Source of the DNA: a virus
Lineage: Duplodnaviria; Caudoviricetes
DNA: 32,542 nt
IMG/VR virus record: IMGVR_UViG_3300020413_000040
Location: 1-32,542 of that record
Reading direction: 5' to 3' (one strand)
Part shown: one piece after another, positions 17,902 to 25,739 of the stretch
Layout: the number at the start of each line of letters is the position of its first letter
How positions within the stretch are numbered: the first letter of the stretch is position 1
Translations under genes and position numbers: made by a program
The notes under the pieces: model-generated
The model's database searches: none
Told to the model about the DNA's origin: nothing
Seen by the model: the letters and a program-made list of their open reading frames with translations, nothing else

Positions 17902-18987
17902 TTAGTCAAGCACCTTGATATAAATAGTATCAATTGGGATACTGTTACTATTCCAATTAGGCCCACCAAACACAAGAACTTCTCCTTCGTTAGCTTTCCG
18001 GTACCCAAACCTATCCCATTGGACGTCCATATATCTTGCATTTTTCTGCAGAGTTTTATTCACATGAATAGAGTTACTTGAGTCAACAGCTGTTCTTATT
18101 ATAACTCGATATTTTGACATAAAATGATCACTTCCGCCCTTCGCAAACTGGCGCGCCATACCTTTTTCTGTGCTGAACGACACACCGCCCGAAATCCTAT
18201 CAGATGTTACATGTCGTTCTCCGCGCTCAACCCGGAATTTGATGTAGCCGGCTTCATCAACAGGGGTGCGATTCCTTATGTGGACATTGTCCTGGTTGTC
18301 TCGTATATATCTGAGCATTTCATCAAACGATTGCTCAGTAGTCAGTCCCTGCAGGTCTTCCTTACTAGCGCGCCGTCGCCAGTCATCAAATCCTGGAAGC
18401 TTTCTTCTCAGATCTGCGTAATCAGCAACTCCAAAACCTCTCCAGACAAGGCCTTGATAAAATGCCGCACCACCGCGTTTCTTTAACTTCAAGAGTGTTC
18501 TTACATCAGTGTCAGATATGTCAATTCTACTTTGTGAATTCTTGCCCGTGTTCTGATATCCAAAAACCGTTTTAAGGCTCCCCATTTCTTCGTAGGTTAA
18601 ATTATAATATCTTGGATCCACCGCGGGATCAATTACCATACCATTGAGTGATTTTCCAAACCTCATGCACCTTGTCGCATGATCCGGTAATTGCTGCTCG
18701 TTTGTAATCTTTGGAATGCAGAATGTTTTTCCGTCCTTGCTGTTGTACTTTGCATATACTTCTTGGTTGTACTTTTCTATTTCTGCCTTCGATGCATTAG
18801 GACCCGGTCTCTTAAGATCTTGTTTTTTAGCGGTATTTCTAGACGGCTTTTTGATTTTGTATTTGTCAAGCCTCGAAGACTTGGACCTCCTAGTCCTTCT
18901 TCTAATTAATCTTCTGGCTTTTTGTTCTTCCAACTTAGTTTCGTTGCAAAAAACTCTCCAATTTTCCATTATAAGCTTGTGCTTCAT
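17902..18987 (-). CDS. Putative virion-packaged R-S-E ADP-ribosyltransferase
   Basis: Start reassigned to MKHKLIMENWR (AAGGA RBS). C-terminal half has VWRG (about 18440), VSFSTEKGMARQFA (SFST 18169-18180) and NEGEVLV (EGE 17980-17988). Confidence 0.72.
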   Translation of the reverse strand: MKHKLIMENWRVFCNETKLEEQKARRLIRRRTRRSKSSRLDKYKIKKPSRNTAKKQDLKRPGPNASKAEIEKYNQEVYAKYNSKDGKTFCIPKITNEQQLPDHATRCMRFGKSLNGMVIDPAVDPRYYNLTYEEMGSLKTVFGYQNTGKNSQSRIDISDTDVRTLLKLKKRGGAAFYQGLVWRGFGVADYADLRRKLPGFDDWRRRASKEDLQGLTTEQSFDEMLRYIRDNQDNVHIRNRTPVDEAGYIKFRVERGERHVTSDRISGGVSFSTEKGMARQFAKGGSDHFMSKYRVIIRTAVDSSNSIHVNKTLQKNARYMDVQWDRFGYRKANEGEVLVFGGPNWNSNSIPIDTIYIKVLD

Positions 18988-18991
18988 ATTA

Positions 18992-19984
18992 TTAGTTTGT
19001 TCCTTGTAGTTTGAGTTTTTTTGCCTCGACTTTTCTAATGAACTGTTGTATTTGAGGATTGTCAGACTTCTTAAGAATGGCCATTGCATCATCAGATGCC
19101 TTTTTTAGTCTTTCAGTTTGCTCTAGAGCCTTTTTGGCTTGTGCAATTCCTTTTGCACTCTTTGCGAAACCGGTCATTTTTCTAGCAAAGCGTGGAAAGG
19201 CCTTGAGAAAAGGAATTAAAGCCAGAACATCCATTATTAGAAATAACCCTATCCAAACATATCCGTCAGGCCAGTCGAAGACTTTACCTTCCTTCCAGGA
19301 TTGTTCAAAGTTTCTCTTCCCGTCTGCGATAGCATTCCAAGCGAAGGTAAAGTTAAGGTCTGAAAAGCTCTCCGCCCTATCCTTGTATCTTGTGCCCGCA
19401 TCCCCGGCAATCTTATCATTTTTGGCTTTTTGAAGCTTTTTTGGATTCTTCTTAGCCCAAGCATCTATATTGTTATGTATATCATCATATATCCGTGCAT
19501 ACTCATCTTCATTGTTTTCTATCCAGCCGTTTACCTTCGCGGCAACTGCGTCCTCATCGTTGTCGAGCGCGATGTTTAGCTTTTTCTTTATCGCCGCTAC
19601 CACTTGCTCCCGAGCTATGTTTTCCTTTGCATCGATTTCGATGGAGTCTTTATAATACTTCAAGTATTGATCTTTCGTGGGGAGGCTTTCTCCTCCAGGG
19701 TCAGGATCTAAAAATAGGCTGCCATCCGGATGTGTGACATTATAGAGAGGACCAGCAAATAACAAACCTATTTCTCTGAGGATAATTAGAAATGTTTTTC
19801 CAAACTCGACAGCTCCAGCTCCTTTGAGATAGTTGTGATAGACTTTCCTTAAATACTCAGGATCCGCGCCCAACTTATTCAATGCCTCACCGTATTCAGT
19901 GCCTATTCCCGCTGTCCCTAGAAAACTGGGAGACTCGCTCAAAAGATACTTTCTCCAGTTTTCCATTATTAATTCGTGTTTCAT
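18992..19984 (-). CDS. Putative virion internal protein with a hydrophobic/TM segment
   Basis: Leader MKHELIMENWRKYLLSE is near-identical to that of the downstream gene; YVWIGLFLIMDVLALIPFL followed by a basic C-terminus; AAGGA RBS. Confidence 0.72.
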   Translation of the reverse strand: MKHELIMENWRKYLLSESPSFLGTAGIGTEYGEALNKLGADPEYLRKVYHNYLKGAGAVEFGKTFLIILREIGLLFAGPLYNVTHPDGSLFLDPDPGGESLPTKDQYLKYYKDSIEIDAKENIAREQVVAAIKKKLNIALDNDEDAVAAKVNGWIENNEDEYARIYDDIHNNIDAWAKKNPKKLQKAKNDKIAGDAGTRYKDRAESFSDLNFTFAWNAIADGKRNFEQSWKEGKVFDWPDGYVWIGLFLIMDVLALIPFLKAFPRFARKMTGFAKSAKGIAQAKKALEQTERLKKASDDAMAILKKSDNPQIQQFIRKVEAKKLKLQGTN

Positions 19985-20012
19985 GTTTTTTTCCTTAAAA
20001 GGTTTGATGTAG

Positions 20013-20022
20013 TATAATTAGT
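20013..20022 (-). promoter_or_regulatory. Putative late-promoter motif ACTAATTATA (minus strand)
   Basis: Reverse complement of TATAATTAGT, about 28 nt upstream of the 19984 start. Confidence 0.6.
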
Positions 20023-20051
20023 ATTTAAATTAGCTATATGTTCGTTTGCTG

Positions 20052-20080
20052 TTGACTATTTATAGTAAAAAGGCTATAAT
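20052..20080 (+). promoter_or_regulatory. Overlapping sigma70 promoter and late motif
   Basis: TTGACT(20052)-N17-TATAAT(20075), with ACTATTTATA at 20055-20064. Confidence 0.6.
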
Positions 20081-20086
20081 ACTACT

Positions 20087-21868
20087 ATGAATTTCAATAA
20101 CACATGGCGAAACTACGCCGCAAAGCCCCTAAAGCCAAAGCTGACTCCTCTCATGGAGCAATATTTGGCAGCCCGGCAACTTATTCTTGAAGGAAGACTC
20201 GACATAGCTAAAACTGCGGCCCCAAGGGCAACAGAGGCAGGTGATGTAGACAACATGCTGAAAGCTCTCATGGGAGAGTTTGGCCAAAAGGACGCAGGAA
20301 AATACCTTTTGTTCGCCGCAAAAGCTTTAGAGCAGGGGTATTCACAAGACATAGACCCAGCAAAGCGTTTTAAAGATGTATTAGAGTTGTTAACAAAATT
20401 TCACATGAATCAAAACCGAAAAGTAAACAGAGTTTATCAAGAGAGGCTTCCACAGAGAGACATAAACAAGTATAACTTTAGGTCACTCTCTAATGCTCTT
20501 TATGCCGCTAGTGGAAAACAACACGCAGACGAAAATGCCGAATTTGTTTACAAGGCTAATGGTATCTCTGCTTTGCGCCCACTAACTACAAGGGCTGCCT
20601 GTTTCTTGGGTGGGCCCAATCGAGAGGAATGGTGCATAACGAGAACAGAGAAGAAGAACTTCTTCAGTAAATACACAGAGGAAGAAAGCAAGGCTTTTGT
20701 ACTCGTTAAACTTGATGGTATCCCTGTCGGCTCGGTGAATCATCAGATCGTTATGCAGTTCTCCGGTCCCGGTGAACCCGAGTTTGAGATGTGGTGGGAT
20801 GGTGAGAACGAGAGCCACGCAGACGGCGACCTTGAAGTTGCATTGGAGGAACACATTGAAGGTATGGGGCCCGATTTCCAGATAGAACTGCAAGACGACT
20901 ACTTCGAGACGGCAGGCTCTGGAGGGTCCGAACCAGCACATGATTTATTCTTGGACCTACACGAAGCTGCATTCGAGGTTGTAAAGATGAATCCACCAGA
21001 AGATATTCTGCCACGTATAGAGAGGCAGGCAGCAGAAGAAGCAGAAGCATTTAGGGCACAGACTCAGAACGTAGAACTTCGATATGAAGTCAAAAGAGAT
21101 TTAGCAGATGAGATATCTGTCTTCTTTGAGGCCACCTTGAAGTTGGAATTTTATGATGAAAGGTTCGAAGAATTTCTTAAGGACAAGGACAAAAACTTTT
21201 ACGCCAGCCTAGGTCAAGATCTGCAAACCTACATGGAGCAGACAGGCATGGCAAACCTACGACTGAAGGACTTCTATGAGAGAGAAGGGTCTATTATGGT
21301 GGAGCTTGGAATTAGCGCAGATACAGCCGTCGCTCAAGAAGGCTACAACCTTGAAGGCTTCGTATCTTTCCTTATAGACGCCAAGGATGCAGAACAAACA
21401 GATGGGCCAGATATAGAGAATGCGCTTACACAGATGATCGCAGCCAGAGCGAAGAGCGAGGGGGTAGAACCATTGGATAACCAAGTTGAGAACACATTTT
21501 ACAAAGATTTAGAGAAGCAATTACTCGGAGAAGAAAAGGGTAGAAGCAGGCAGAGAGGCATCTATAAGTTTCACTGCATGGTGGCATACACCCTTACGAC
21601 TGAGGGGGATCGATCTCGCGGCTTAGACGATGTTTTAGCTGACCTGCGCGCTTTACCAAATGTAACTATCGTAACTGTGGCGATTAGAAATCAAAAGATC
21701 GCAGAGGGTAGATACATAGCTGGCTTAGCTATCAAATTCATACCATCAGTACCCGGAGATATGAATCAGCCAGAGCAAGTAAAGGCCAGAATCGTCAGGG
21801 ACATTAAGAGATTGGAAAATGTACAGTCTCTATTCAAACTTTCAGCAGGACTTATAAGGTTAGAGTAA
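20087..21868 (+). CDS. Large hypothetical protein with PcfJ-like domain, probably virion-associated
   Basis: RPLTTRAACFLGG...EWCIT...NFFSKY resembles the P...ASCxxG..xWC PcfJ-like motif; N-terminal WRNY and LILE; separate C-terminal domain after LLGEE. Confidence 0.6.
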   Translation: MNFNNTWRNYAAKPLKPKLTPLMEQYLAARQLILEGRLDIAKTAAPRATEAGDVDNMLKALMGEFGQKDAGKYLLFAAKALEQGYSQDIDPAKRFKDVLELLTKFHMNQNRKVNRVYQERLPQRDINKYNFRSLSNALYAASGKQHADENAEFVYKANGISALRPLTTRAACFLGGPNREEWCITRTEKKNFFSKYTEEESKAFVLVKLDGIPVGSVNHQIVMQFSGPGEPEFEMWWDGENESHADGDLEVALEEHIEGMGPDFQIELQDDYFETAGSGGSEPAHDLFLDLHEAAFEVVKMNPPEDILPRIERQAAEEAEAFRAQTQNVELRYEVKRDLADEISVFFEATLKLEFYDERFEEFLKDKDKNFYASLGQDLQTYMEQTGMANLRLKDFYEREGSIMVELGISADTAVAQEGYNLEGFVSFLIDAKDAEQTDGPDIENALTQMIAARAKSEGVEPLDNQVENTFYKDLEKQLLGEEKGRSRQRGIYKFHCMVAYTLTTEGDRSRGLDDVLADLRALPNVTIVTVAIRNQKIAEGRYIAGLAIKFIPSVPGDMNQPEQVKARIVRDIKRLENVQSLFKLSAGLIRLE

Positions 21869-21869
21869 G

Positions 21870-22460
21870 ATGAGAAAAACTCCGCAGCAATTTCGCAGAG
21901 AAGCAGTCAAGAAACTGATTGACAAAATATTAAAAGACAAAATCACAAAACTAAAACCAGTTTCGATATCAGCATCAGAATCTTTAAATGACGATTTTAC
22001 AACGACGGACTTTTCTTTCGAAGAGACCGGTACCAGAGGTGAGGTTGTGTCTGTGTTGGACTCGAAAGGTAAAGGATTCATAGATGGCCTATTTCGGGGG
22101 TTACACAACAGATATGCCACAGAGTATCCAAGTATCGACAAGATAAAGCTCGTTGATATTATGGTCAACCCAATAATGAAGGCTTCACGAACCCTCGGGT
22201 CTGATGCACCAGCGTCGATAATTTTTAGAGTAGAGGTGGACAGTCATGGTATAGCAGAGTTTCGACATGATTCAAGGTCGGTGATATATTCTGGATTCGC
22301 TGCGGCTCTTAGTGCATTCGAGTTTTATATAAACTGTGAAAGAACTTTTCATAAAATAAAACTAATAGTAGAAGACGCTGAACACAGAAATAGGGGAGAC
22401 ATATTGCAATCTTGCATGTCAGACCTTAGTAAGTTGACAGAGGTTAACACATATGCGTGA
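21870..22460 (+). CDS. Stand-alone LeuA (2-isopropylmalate synthase) allosteric-domain-like protein
   Basis: GKGFIDGLFRGL ~ GNGPVDAxxxAL; KLVDIMVNPI...GSDAPASIIFRV ~ LxDYxVxxxxGxDAxAxxxV; SVIYSGFAAALSAF ~ DIIEASxxAxxxA. Confidence 0.6.
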   Translation: MRKTPQQFRREAVKKLIDKILKDKITKLKPVSISASESLNDDFTTTDFSFEETGTRGEVVSVLDSKGKGFIDGLFRGLHNRYATEYPSIDKIKLVDIMVNPIMKASRTLGSDAPASIIFRVEVDSHGIAEFRHDSRSVIYSGFAAALSAFEFYINCERTFHKIKLIVEDAEHRNRGDILQSCMSDLSKLTEVNTYA

Positions 22461-22548
22461 AAGCAAAAGAATACACTGGCCAATGCTTGTGTCTGCGATT
22501 TCAATGGCGTGGGCGTTATACATAATAAAAAATTATTTCATAGGTTAG
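22453..22548 (+). CDS. 31-aa single-TM microprotein
   Basis: MRESKRIHWPMLVSAISMAWALYIIKNYFIG*; GAGG RBS; below the ORF-track cutoff. Confidence 0.5.
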   Translation: MRESKRIHWPMLVSAISMAWALYIIKNYFIG

Positions 22549-22567
22549 TTAGCTATGGGTCCTGGTC

Positions 22568-22577
22568 TCTATTTACT
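22568..22577 (+). promoter_or_regulatory. Putative late-promoter motif TCTATTTACT
   Basis: Motif variant directly before AGGAG and ATG 22593. Confidence 0.45.
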
Positions 22578-22592
22578 CTAGGAGACTGCAAG

Positions 22593-22892
22593 ATGCCAAA
22601 GGACCAGTTAAATAATAATTTAAAGATAGGCGATCTAGTTACTCATGTCTTGTATGGAAAAAAGTGGATCGGTGTTGTTGTTAGCTTTAAACAGGACAAG
22701 AAGGCTACGAGCAATTCCATGAACAGAAAGACAAAGGCTCTTGTCCAGATCCAGCCCGGAACAGAATTTGATGGTTTCTTCAAACGCACTAATCCTGTAG
22801 ATAGAGTAAACGATAACCTAGGATACGTGTCAGTGCATTGGCTATTTAAAATGAAAGAAACTCATGAAAACTTTGGACCTCCACGGAACTAA
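22593..22892 (+). CDS. Small SH3/KOW-like 'IGDLV' protein
   Basis: LKIGDLVTH...WIGVVV; start reassigned to ATG 22593 (AGGAG RBS). Confidence 0.7.
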   Translation: MPKDQLNNNLKIGDLVTHVLYGKKWIGVVVSFKQDKKATSNSMNRKTKALVQIQPGTEFDGFFKRTNPVDRVNDNLGYVSVHWLFKMKETHENFGPPRN

Positions 22893-23082
22893 ACACTCTT
22901 TGGTAGATGAAAAAGTCAGAACTTTTCTAAACTTTGTAGAGCTGCCATGTCAGATAATAACAGGAAACTCTCCGGAGATGAAAAGTATTGTAAGGAAAAT
23001 TGTTAGAGAGTATGAATGGTTTTGTTATGAGAGAGATAGTTATAACTATGGGACTTTAATTATTTTGGAGAGTGATATATGA
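22864..23082 (+). CDS. Stand-alone Smr-domain protein
   Basis: TLDLHG, QIITGNS...MK...V and NYGTLII, the Smr hallmarks. Confidence 0.8.
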   Translation: MKTLDLHGTKHSLVDEKVRTFLNFVELPCQIITGNSPEMKSIVRKIVREYEWFCYERDSYNYGTLIILESDI

Positions 23083-23480
23083 AAAACTGGAAACCATTTT
23101 ATATAGAAAACAGTAGAATACCCGTGTTTTTATCTAAGTTTGCACCCATAAAAATTTGGGCCATATCATTTGGTCTTTGGGTTTGGTGCAGAGGAGAATT
23201 ATCAGAGAAAACCAAAAGGCACGAGTGTATCCATTTTCAGCAGCAACTGGAGCTAGCTTTCGCCGGACAGTGGATTTTATACATTTTCTCCTTTATTTTC
23301 AACTACTTAAAGACCAGAGATGCCACCTTATCATATTATGATAATGTATTTGAAAGAGAAGCTTATGGCAACGAGGCAGACAAAGATTATTTATCCCGGA
23401 GAAAGAGATATGCTTGGATTAAATACATAAATAAAGAGTACGATTTCAAAGAGAGAGTCAAAAGGTCGAGACTCAAATAA
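23079..23480 (+). CDS. HExxH zinc-metallopeptidase-like protein
   Basis: RHECIHFQQ...YYDNVFEREAY. Confidence 0.7.
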   Translation: MKNWKPFYIENSRIPVFLSKFAPIKIWAISFGLWVWCRGELSEKTKRHECIHFQQQLELAFAGQWILYIFSFIFNYLKTRDATLSYYDNVFEREAYGNEADKDYLSRRKRYAWIKYINKEYDFKERVKRSRLK

Positions 23481-23494
23481 GTGTCACGTTTCAC

Positions 23495-23523
23495 TTGACA
23501 AATCAAACATCATCTGATATATT
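23495..23523 (+). promoter_or_regulatory. Sigma70-type promoter (extended -10)
   Basis: TTGACA-N17-TATATT with TG before the -10. Confidence 0.75.
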
Positions 23524-23552
23524 ATATAAACAATCACAGTAAAGGTAACACA

Positions 23553-24479
23553 ATGAATTACGGCTATGCCTGTATCAACGAGACACTTAGCTCTGGACCT
23601 AAGAAAACTCGTGTCACAACCAATCGTTCTATGATTAAGCGCACATTCAAAGAGAAAGGTATTAGATATGCTTCGGAGCTTGCTCTTCAGAATGTCAAAG
23701 ACCTGATCAAGATCCTAGCTTGGAATGAAGAGAACAATATCAAGTTCTATCGCATGTCCTCCGACATTTTCCCTTGGTGTTCAGAGTACAACTACTACGA
23801 TTTGCCCCATTACAAGGAAATCAAGTATTGGTTGCGCTATGCTGGTGACTACACCAAGGAGTGGGGCCATCGCTTGACTTTTCACCCTGGCCCATTCTGC
23901 TGTCTAGCGTCACCAAACTTCGAAGTTGTGGAGAAGACATACAAGGAACTCAACAACCATTCTCGCATCTTTGATATGATGGGTTTCGAGCCAAGCCACT
24001 ACAACAAAATCAATATCCATGTCGGCGGCACATACGGTGACAAGGATGGAACAGCAAAGCGATTCATCGAAAACTTTCACAGACCTGGTGGGCTTGATGA
24101 AAACACTAAGAAGCGCTTCACGCTAGAGAATGACGATAAAGCCTCCATGTGGAGCACAAAGGACATTTATGACAAGATTCACCACGAAACTGGAATCCCG
24201 ATTGTTTTCGATTACCATCACCATCGATTCTGCACCGGAGGACTCACAGAACAAGAGGCAGTTGAACTCGCAGCCTCAACCTGGCCTCCCTGGATTAGGC
24301 CAGTTGTTCACGTCTCAGAGTCAAGAGCGATTGAACAAGGCGACCCGAAAATACGTAAGCAAGCTCATTCAGATTATATCAAAAAGCCAGTAGAAAGCTA
24401 TGGGCAGAACCACGATATCATGTTAGAGTGCAAAAAGAAAGAGTTGGCTTTGATGAGGCTTAGAGAGGTTGCAGTATGA
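23553..24479 (+). CDS. uvsE: UV DNA damage endonuclease UvsE/UvdE
   Basis: GYACIN, FYRMSSDIFP, RLTFHPG, INIHVGG, LENDDK, PIVFDYHHH, HSD, DIMLECKKKE. Confidence 0.95.
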   Translation: MNYGYACINETLSSGPKKTRVTTNRSMIKRTFKEKGIRYASELALQNVKDLIKILAWNEENNIKFYRMSSDIFPWCSEYNYYDLPHYKEIKYWLRYAGDYTKEWGHRLTFHPGPFCCLASPNFEVVEKTYKELNNHSRIFDMMGFEPSHYNKINIHVGGTYGDKDGTAKRFIENFHRPGGLDENTKKRFTLENDDKASMWSTKDIYDKIHHETGIPIVFDYHHHRFCTGGLTEQEAVELAASTWPPWIRPVVHVSESRAIEQGDPKIRKQAHSDYIKKPVESYGQNHDIMLECKKKELALMRLREVAV

Positions 24480-24682
24480 AAATTGGAGATTTAGTGAGAA
24501 TAAGTATGAAGTTCACTGCTCATGGAACCTACGAAGAGGATGGATCGAAGATTGCAATGATAGTCGAGGGCCCTAATGCGGTTGGTAAAGTGAAACTGCT
24601 GCTACCTAATGGTGATACTGTTTGGAAACACGCTGCCGAAGTTGAATATATGCCAAAAGAAGGGAAATATTTGCAAAAATGA
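24476..24682 (+). CDS. Small SH3/KOW-like protein
   Basis: MKIGDLVRI; ATGA overlap. Confidence 0.72.
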   Translation: MKIGDLVRISMKFTAHGTYEEDGSKIAMIVEGPNAVGKVKLLLPNGDTVWKHAAEVEYMPKEGKYLQK

Positions 24683-24801
24683 GCCATGAAACTGCAGTGG
24701 CAGATGTTGAATTGTGGGCTTTGCAAGAGCAGATATACTACGGTGTATCTTGGACTTTATTCTTACTTACTTTATACTATCTGTTTAGAATCTCAAAGTA
24801 A
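24679..24801 (+). CDS. 40-aa single-TM microprotein
   Basis: MSHETAVADVELWALQEQIYYGVSWTLFLLTLYYLFRISK*; ATGA overlap. Confidence 0.55.
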   Translation: MSHETAVADVELWALQEQIYYGVSWTLFLLTLYYLFRISK

Positions 24802-24816
24802 ACAATATTTTTTCAT

Positions 24817-24826
24817 ACTATTTATT
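24817..24826 (+). promoter_or_regulatory. Putative late-promoter motif ACTATTTATT
   Basis: Ends 5 nt before ATG 24832; no SD. Confidence 0.5.
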
Positions 24827-24831
24827 ACAGT

Positions 24832-25080
24832 ATGTATGACTTTGAAAGGGGTGATATAGTATATATTAGAGACTTTCCATTTGGCAAACCCACCAGAATC
24901 TACGGAAAAGTTGTCGGCATTCTCCACGGAGAGTATTATAATATTCTCTTGACAAATGGACTGAATCAGGATACAATAATAGCATACCAAAGCTATCAAC
25001 TAATAAGAGAAAAGGACGTTCCTCGTGAGATCAGAGAAAAAAAGAAAAGGAAACAGGTTGACAACAAAACTTTACAGTGA
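24832..25080 (+). CDS. Small SH3/KOW-like protein
   Basis: FERGDIVYI...GKVVG. Confidence 0.7.
   Translation: MYDFERGDIVYIRDFPFGKPTRIYGKVVGILHGEYYNILLTNGLNQDTIIAYQSYQLIREKDVPREIREKKKRKQVDNKTLQ
24949..24977 (+). promoter_or_regulatory. Sigma70-type promoter inside a CDS
   Basis: TTGACA-N17-TACAAT. Confidence 0.6.
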
Positions 25081-25309
25081 TTGTCATGGTTCAACTTCTG
25101 AGTCTATATATTTTGAGGTAGACAATTTAGATACAAAAACAATAGAACAAGCAGAGAATAGTTATGAAGAAGTTTTCATCACGATTAGGAAGGTGTTAGA
25201 AGACAATGAACAATTTTGTTGTGATGACGAAAATGATAGGCTTTCACTTACTCAAAGTATCGCTGATATACTTAGACAGAGCATGCTCATTCGCAAGGAG
25301 AAAAGATGA
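25025..25309 (+). CDS. Hypothetical acidic protein (start may be TTG 25058)
   Basis: ORF coupled to the next gene by ATGA. Confidence 0.65.
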   Translation: MRSEKKRKGNRLTTKLYSDCHGSTSESIYFEVDNLDTKTIEQAENSYEEVFITIRKVLEDNEQFCCDDENDRLSLTQSIADILRQSMLIRKEKR

Positions 25310-25563
25310 CTAAGGGCGAAGCTGTCCGGTGTGTAGAAGATTATGAGCTGTTTAGTTGCGGAAACATAAACGGTACCGAGGGTTGTTACGTACATTATTC
25401 GGAATCTAACAATAAACATTTGGTATATTTTCCAGAGTGTGGGGAGTGGGCAGAACTAGAAGAGTCTCAGCTTGAAAGAATTAATAAGCCCGGGTATATC
25501 TCAAAGAAAAACAAGAGATTTGTAAAAAACATTTCCAGACTAAAGATGACACTAGTAACATGA
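25306..25563 (+). CDS. Hypothetical small protein, SH3-like
   Basis: AAGGAG RBS; MTKGEAVRC...LVYF...W.EL...LE. Confidence 0.65.
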   Translation: MTKGEAVRCVEDYELFSCGNINGTEGCYVHYSESNNKHLVYFPECGEWAELEESQLERINKPGYISKKNKRFVKNISRLKMTLVT

Positions 25564-25739
25564 TGAGTCGAGCAATCATGTCTATGGGCGCTGTGCAGAT
25601 GGGCCTGGCCATATACATGGGGTATTTTATACCAAAAGAGTATCATCATTTTTTTGCTCTCTCAGCCAGAGATTTCTTCTTGATTTCTTTTGTCGCCTTT
25701 GCCTGGGGCCTTTATGGAGTCTTGAGGGAAGACAGATGA
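25563..25739 (+). CDS. 58-aa two-TM microprotein
   Basis: TGATG and ATGA coupling at the two ends; two hydrophobic stretches; below the ORF-track cutoff. Confidence 0.6.
   Translation: MSRAIMSMGAVQMGLAIYMGYFIPKEYHHFFALSARDFFLISFVAFAWGLYGVLREDR

Noticed and set aside
17902-19092. ORF-track start at 19092 for the 396-aa minus-strand ORF
   Set aside because: It overlaps the upstream gene by 100 bp. ATG 18987 has an AAGGA RBS, follows the upstream stop by 4 bp and gives the shared leader.
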